20,667 nt of DNA, taken from contig JBDRBK010000075.1 in assembly GCA_043822705.1 (NCBI GenBank), forward strand, positions 1-20,667, read 5' to 3'. Source of the DNA: Fidelibacterota bacterium (GTDB lineage Bacteria > Fidelibacterota > Marinisomatia > Marinisomatales > TCS56). Of this stretch, positions 18,473 through 20,667 are shown in pieces. The notes beneath the pieces were generated by a model, which ran no database searches, had not been told where the DNA came from, and saw nothing but the letters and a program-made list of their open reading frames with translations. Every line of letters starts with the position of its first letter. The stretch's first letter is position 1. A program made the position numbers and the translations under genes.

Positions 18473-18874
18473 TTAACCTCCCTGATTTCCGACCTGCAGA
18501 ATCCGCCGGGCGGCCAAGGCGCAATTACTCGGATCCAGCACGGTCAGCACCGGCGCCTTGCTGGGCATCTGCAGAGTCGAATGGATATTTACCAGCATAT
18601 CGACTTTGTCCTTGAAGGGCGGGCAGGCCAGGACCGGCTTGTCGCTGTTGGCGGCCACAAATCCCGAAAGGGCATTGGAGCGGCCGGCCACCGTGATGAA
18701 AACAATTCCCGGTCGGTCTTTAAAAGTGGCAATGATTTCCAGGACCTTCAACGGTTCCTTGTGGGCCGAAGCGACGTGATCCTCCCAGGGAACCCCCAGA
18801 TCGTCCAGGTTAGCGGTAATTTTTCCAACATGCTCCTTATCGCTGGTGGAGCCGGCAATAATGACTGCGCGCAT
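18473..18874 (-). CDS. purE: AIR carboxylase, class II PurE type
   Basis: GSTSD, SAHK, VAGRSNAL, PVLACPP, STLQMPS; AGGAG ribosome-binding site; 133 aa. Confidence 0.92.
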   Translation of the reverse strand: MRAVIIAGSTSDKEHVGKITANLDDLGVPWEDHVASAHKEPLKVLEIIATFKDRPGIVFITVAGRSNALSGFVAANSDKPVLACPPFKDKVDMLVNIHSTLQMPSKAPVLTVLDPSNCALAARRILQVGNQGG

Positions 18875-18889
18875 AAAAACTCCTGAAAA

Positions 18890-19870
18890 CTAACTGTTTA
18901 AAGCTGTGGTGACATTATCCTGAATCCGTCGGCCGATGGGCCGGGCTGAATCCGGGAAAACGAATTTTTTACCGGTGATATTCTCGTACAGGTAAATATA
19001 GCGGTTCGACAATTCGATCACCAGTTCTTCCGGGGCCGGTGGTAATTCGGTATCGTGATAGGGATCGCAGTTATCGCGGAACCACAGGCGCAGGAATTCC
19101 TTGTCGATATTTTGCGGTTCCCGGCCGGCCGCCAGGCGTTCGGCATAGGTAGCGGCGATCCAGTAGCGGCTGGAATCGGGGGTGTGAATTTCATCGATCA
19201 GCAGTATATTGCCGTCGGCATCCCGGCCCATTTCGTATTTGGTATCCACCAGAATCAGACCGTGCCGGGCCGCCGTTTCCTGGCCGAAACGGAACAGCTC
19301 CAGTGCCTTGGCAGAAGTGAACGCCCAGTCTTCGACGCTCATCCAGCCCTCACTGACGATTTCGGCCGGACTGATCGGCCGGTCGTGCTCTTTTTCCTTG
19401 GTAGTGGGCGTAATAATATTTTGCGCCAGTTTCTGGTTTTTCACCAGCCCCTCCGGCAGCTCATTACCACAATAATTGCGCGAACCGTTTTTATAGTGGG
19501 TCCACAGAGCAGTATCGGTGGAGCCGGTAATGTAGCCCCGGACCACAAATTCGATCGGGAATACCGTACACTTTTTACCGATCGTCACATTCGGGTCGGG
19601 CGTGGATAATACATGGTTGGGAATAATGTGATGGGTCTGCTCGAACCACCAAGCGCTGGTCTGGTTCAGAACTTGCCCCTTGAATGGAATCGCCGCCAGC
19701 ACCCGGTCGAAAGCGCTCAGACGGTCGGTGGTGATCAGTACCAGTTGGTCCTCCAGCAGGTAGGTGTCGCGAACTTTGCCGACGATTTTCTCACCCCGGT
19801 CCAGGCTGGTGGCGGTGAGACAGTTGTCGAGGTATTTCCTGATCTGATCGGTATAGTCAGTTCTGTTCAT
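18890..19870 (-). CDS. purC: SAICAR synthetase (long form, ~326 aa)
   Basis: GKVRD, TDRLSAFD, IPFKGQVLN, PIEFVVRGYITGS, ITPTTK, LVDTKYE, DEIHTPDSSRYW, DKEFLR. ATG 19870 overlaps the purQ 3' end by 14 nt. Confidence 0.97.
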   Translation of the reverse strand: MNRTDYTDQIRKYLDNCLTATSLDRGEKIVGKVRDTYLLEDQLVLITTDRLSAFDRVLAAIPFKGQVLNQTSAWWFEQTHHIIPNHVLSTPDPNVTIGKKCTVFPIEFVVRGYITGSTDTALWTHYKNGSRNYCGNELPEGLVKNQKLAQNIITPTTKEKEHDRPISPAEIVSEGWMSVEDWAFTSAKALELFRFGQETAARHGLILVDTKYEMGRDADGNILLIDEIHTPDSSRYWIAATYAERLAAGREPQNIDKEFLRLWFRDNCDPYHDTELPPAPEELVIELSNRYIYLYENITGKKFVFPDSARPIGRRIQDNVTTALNS

Positions 19871-20667
19871 AGTGGTAACATTGGTGGGCAATCGGGTTGA
19901 AAAGGATGTGGGTGTCCAGCACCTGCAGCAGCACCGCCTCCGGCTCGACGGTTAACGGTGTCACGGTCCACAGAACACCATATTTAACGGCCGTGATCGA
20001 AGAAAGTCCGAACCGTCGGGACAGCGCTTCCAGTTTCTGTTGACCACGGACGTCTGCGCGGTTGCGTACCAGCAGGGTGGTGGCGTGCTCAGCCGGTTCT
20101 ACCGCCACGATTCGTTCCTTGTTACTGTTAAATAATTCGCCACTGGCAGCTATTTTTTCCAGCAGATGTCCGGGATCGGTCGCCTCATGCTGAATTTCCC
20201 AGTGGACGCGGCGTCGAACCTGCACCGGTATGTTCCTATGCGTCAGGGCATTATGGACCGAGGCAGCGGTATTGTCGGTGATGATCAGTTCTACCGTCAA
20301 CTCCAGCGTGCCGGGCGCTTTCCGGTAGTGGTCGATCTCCCAGGCTGGCGGCGACAGGGGCAATTGGCGGTAGCTGAAGACCGGCCGGGTCTCGATATAA
20401 TCCCGCATCGATGTGAATATGGCATCGCCTCCGGGAGTCCGTTCCGGGTGCGGCATGATCGCCATGACATTACCGGCGGGATTGCTGACAGCGGCCAGAT
20501 TATAGCGCGAGCCATTGGGATTGACCGGAAATTCGTTGATGATATTCCCCTGCTCGTCACAGTACCGGAACGCAGTCTGGTCGTTGTCGACCAGCGCGCT
20601 GAGAATTTCATCGCTGGTGACAAAGCGGCCCTCGGCATGGGCGATCGGGACGGTAATCCAGTCGCCG
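19857..20667 (-). CDS. purQ: FGAM synthase glutaminase subunit PurQ (5' part outside the window) with a ~175-aa C-terminal extension resembling two PurS domains
   Basis: The frame is open from 20666: GDWITVPIAHAEGRF...FRYCD...NPNGS.YNLAAVSNPAGNVMAIMPHPER. These are the PurQ motifs PIAHxEG, NPNGS and MPHPER. The frame continues to TGA at 19857. Confidence 0.93.
   Translation of the reverse strand, partial: GDWITVPIAHAEGRFVTSDEILSALVDNDQTAFRYCDEQGNIINEFPVNPNGSRYNLAAVSNPAGNVMAIMPHPERTPGGDAIFTSMRDYIETRPVFSYRQLPLSPPAWEIDHYRKAPGTLELTVELIITDNTAASVHNALTHRNIPVQVRRRVHWEIQHEATDPGHLLEKIAASGELFNSNKERIVAVEPAEHATTLLVRNRADVRGQQKLEALSRRFGLSSITAVKYGVLWTVTPLTVEPEAVLLQVLDTHILFNPIAHQCYHYEQN

Overview
Bacterial chromosomal window, probably from the FCB group or a relative (e.g. 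Marinimicrobia, KSB1, Calditrichota); this is inferred from T9SS-type C-terminal sorting domains. Almost all genes lie on the minus strand. The right half is the distal part of a de novo purine operon: purQ(partial)-purC-purE-purB-purF-purD-[four-helix-bundle pseudogene]-purN-purH, followed by an aldo/keto reductase and a VOC/glyoxalase gene. The left half holds two tandem ~1120-aa secreted paralogs (one frameshifted in its sorting domain), a plus-strand glycerophosphodiester phosphodiesterase and a PAS/HisKA_3 kinase plus NarL-type response regulator. Most notable observations: (1) PurQ carries a C-terminal extension that looks like two tandem PurS-like domains; (2) a low-GC four-helix-bundle gene inside the pur operon is bracketed by inverted heptamer arrays, with a third array past purN; (3) PurE is class II and lies directly after purC; (4) the two secreted paralogs are mosaics of near-identical GC-rich blocks and divergent AT-rich blocks; (5) the same palindrome, CAGATAATCTG, lies upstream of two different genes. 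No RNA genes, CRISPR arrays, transposases or reverse transcriptase were seen. All homology calls rest on motif recognition by eye, not on searches.
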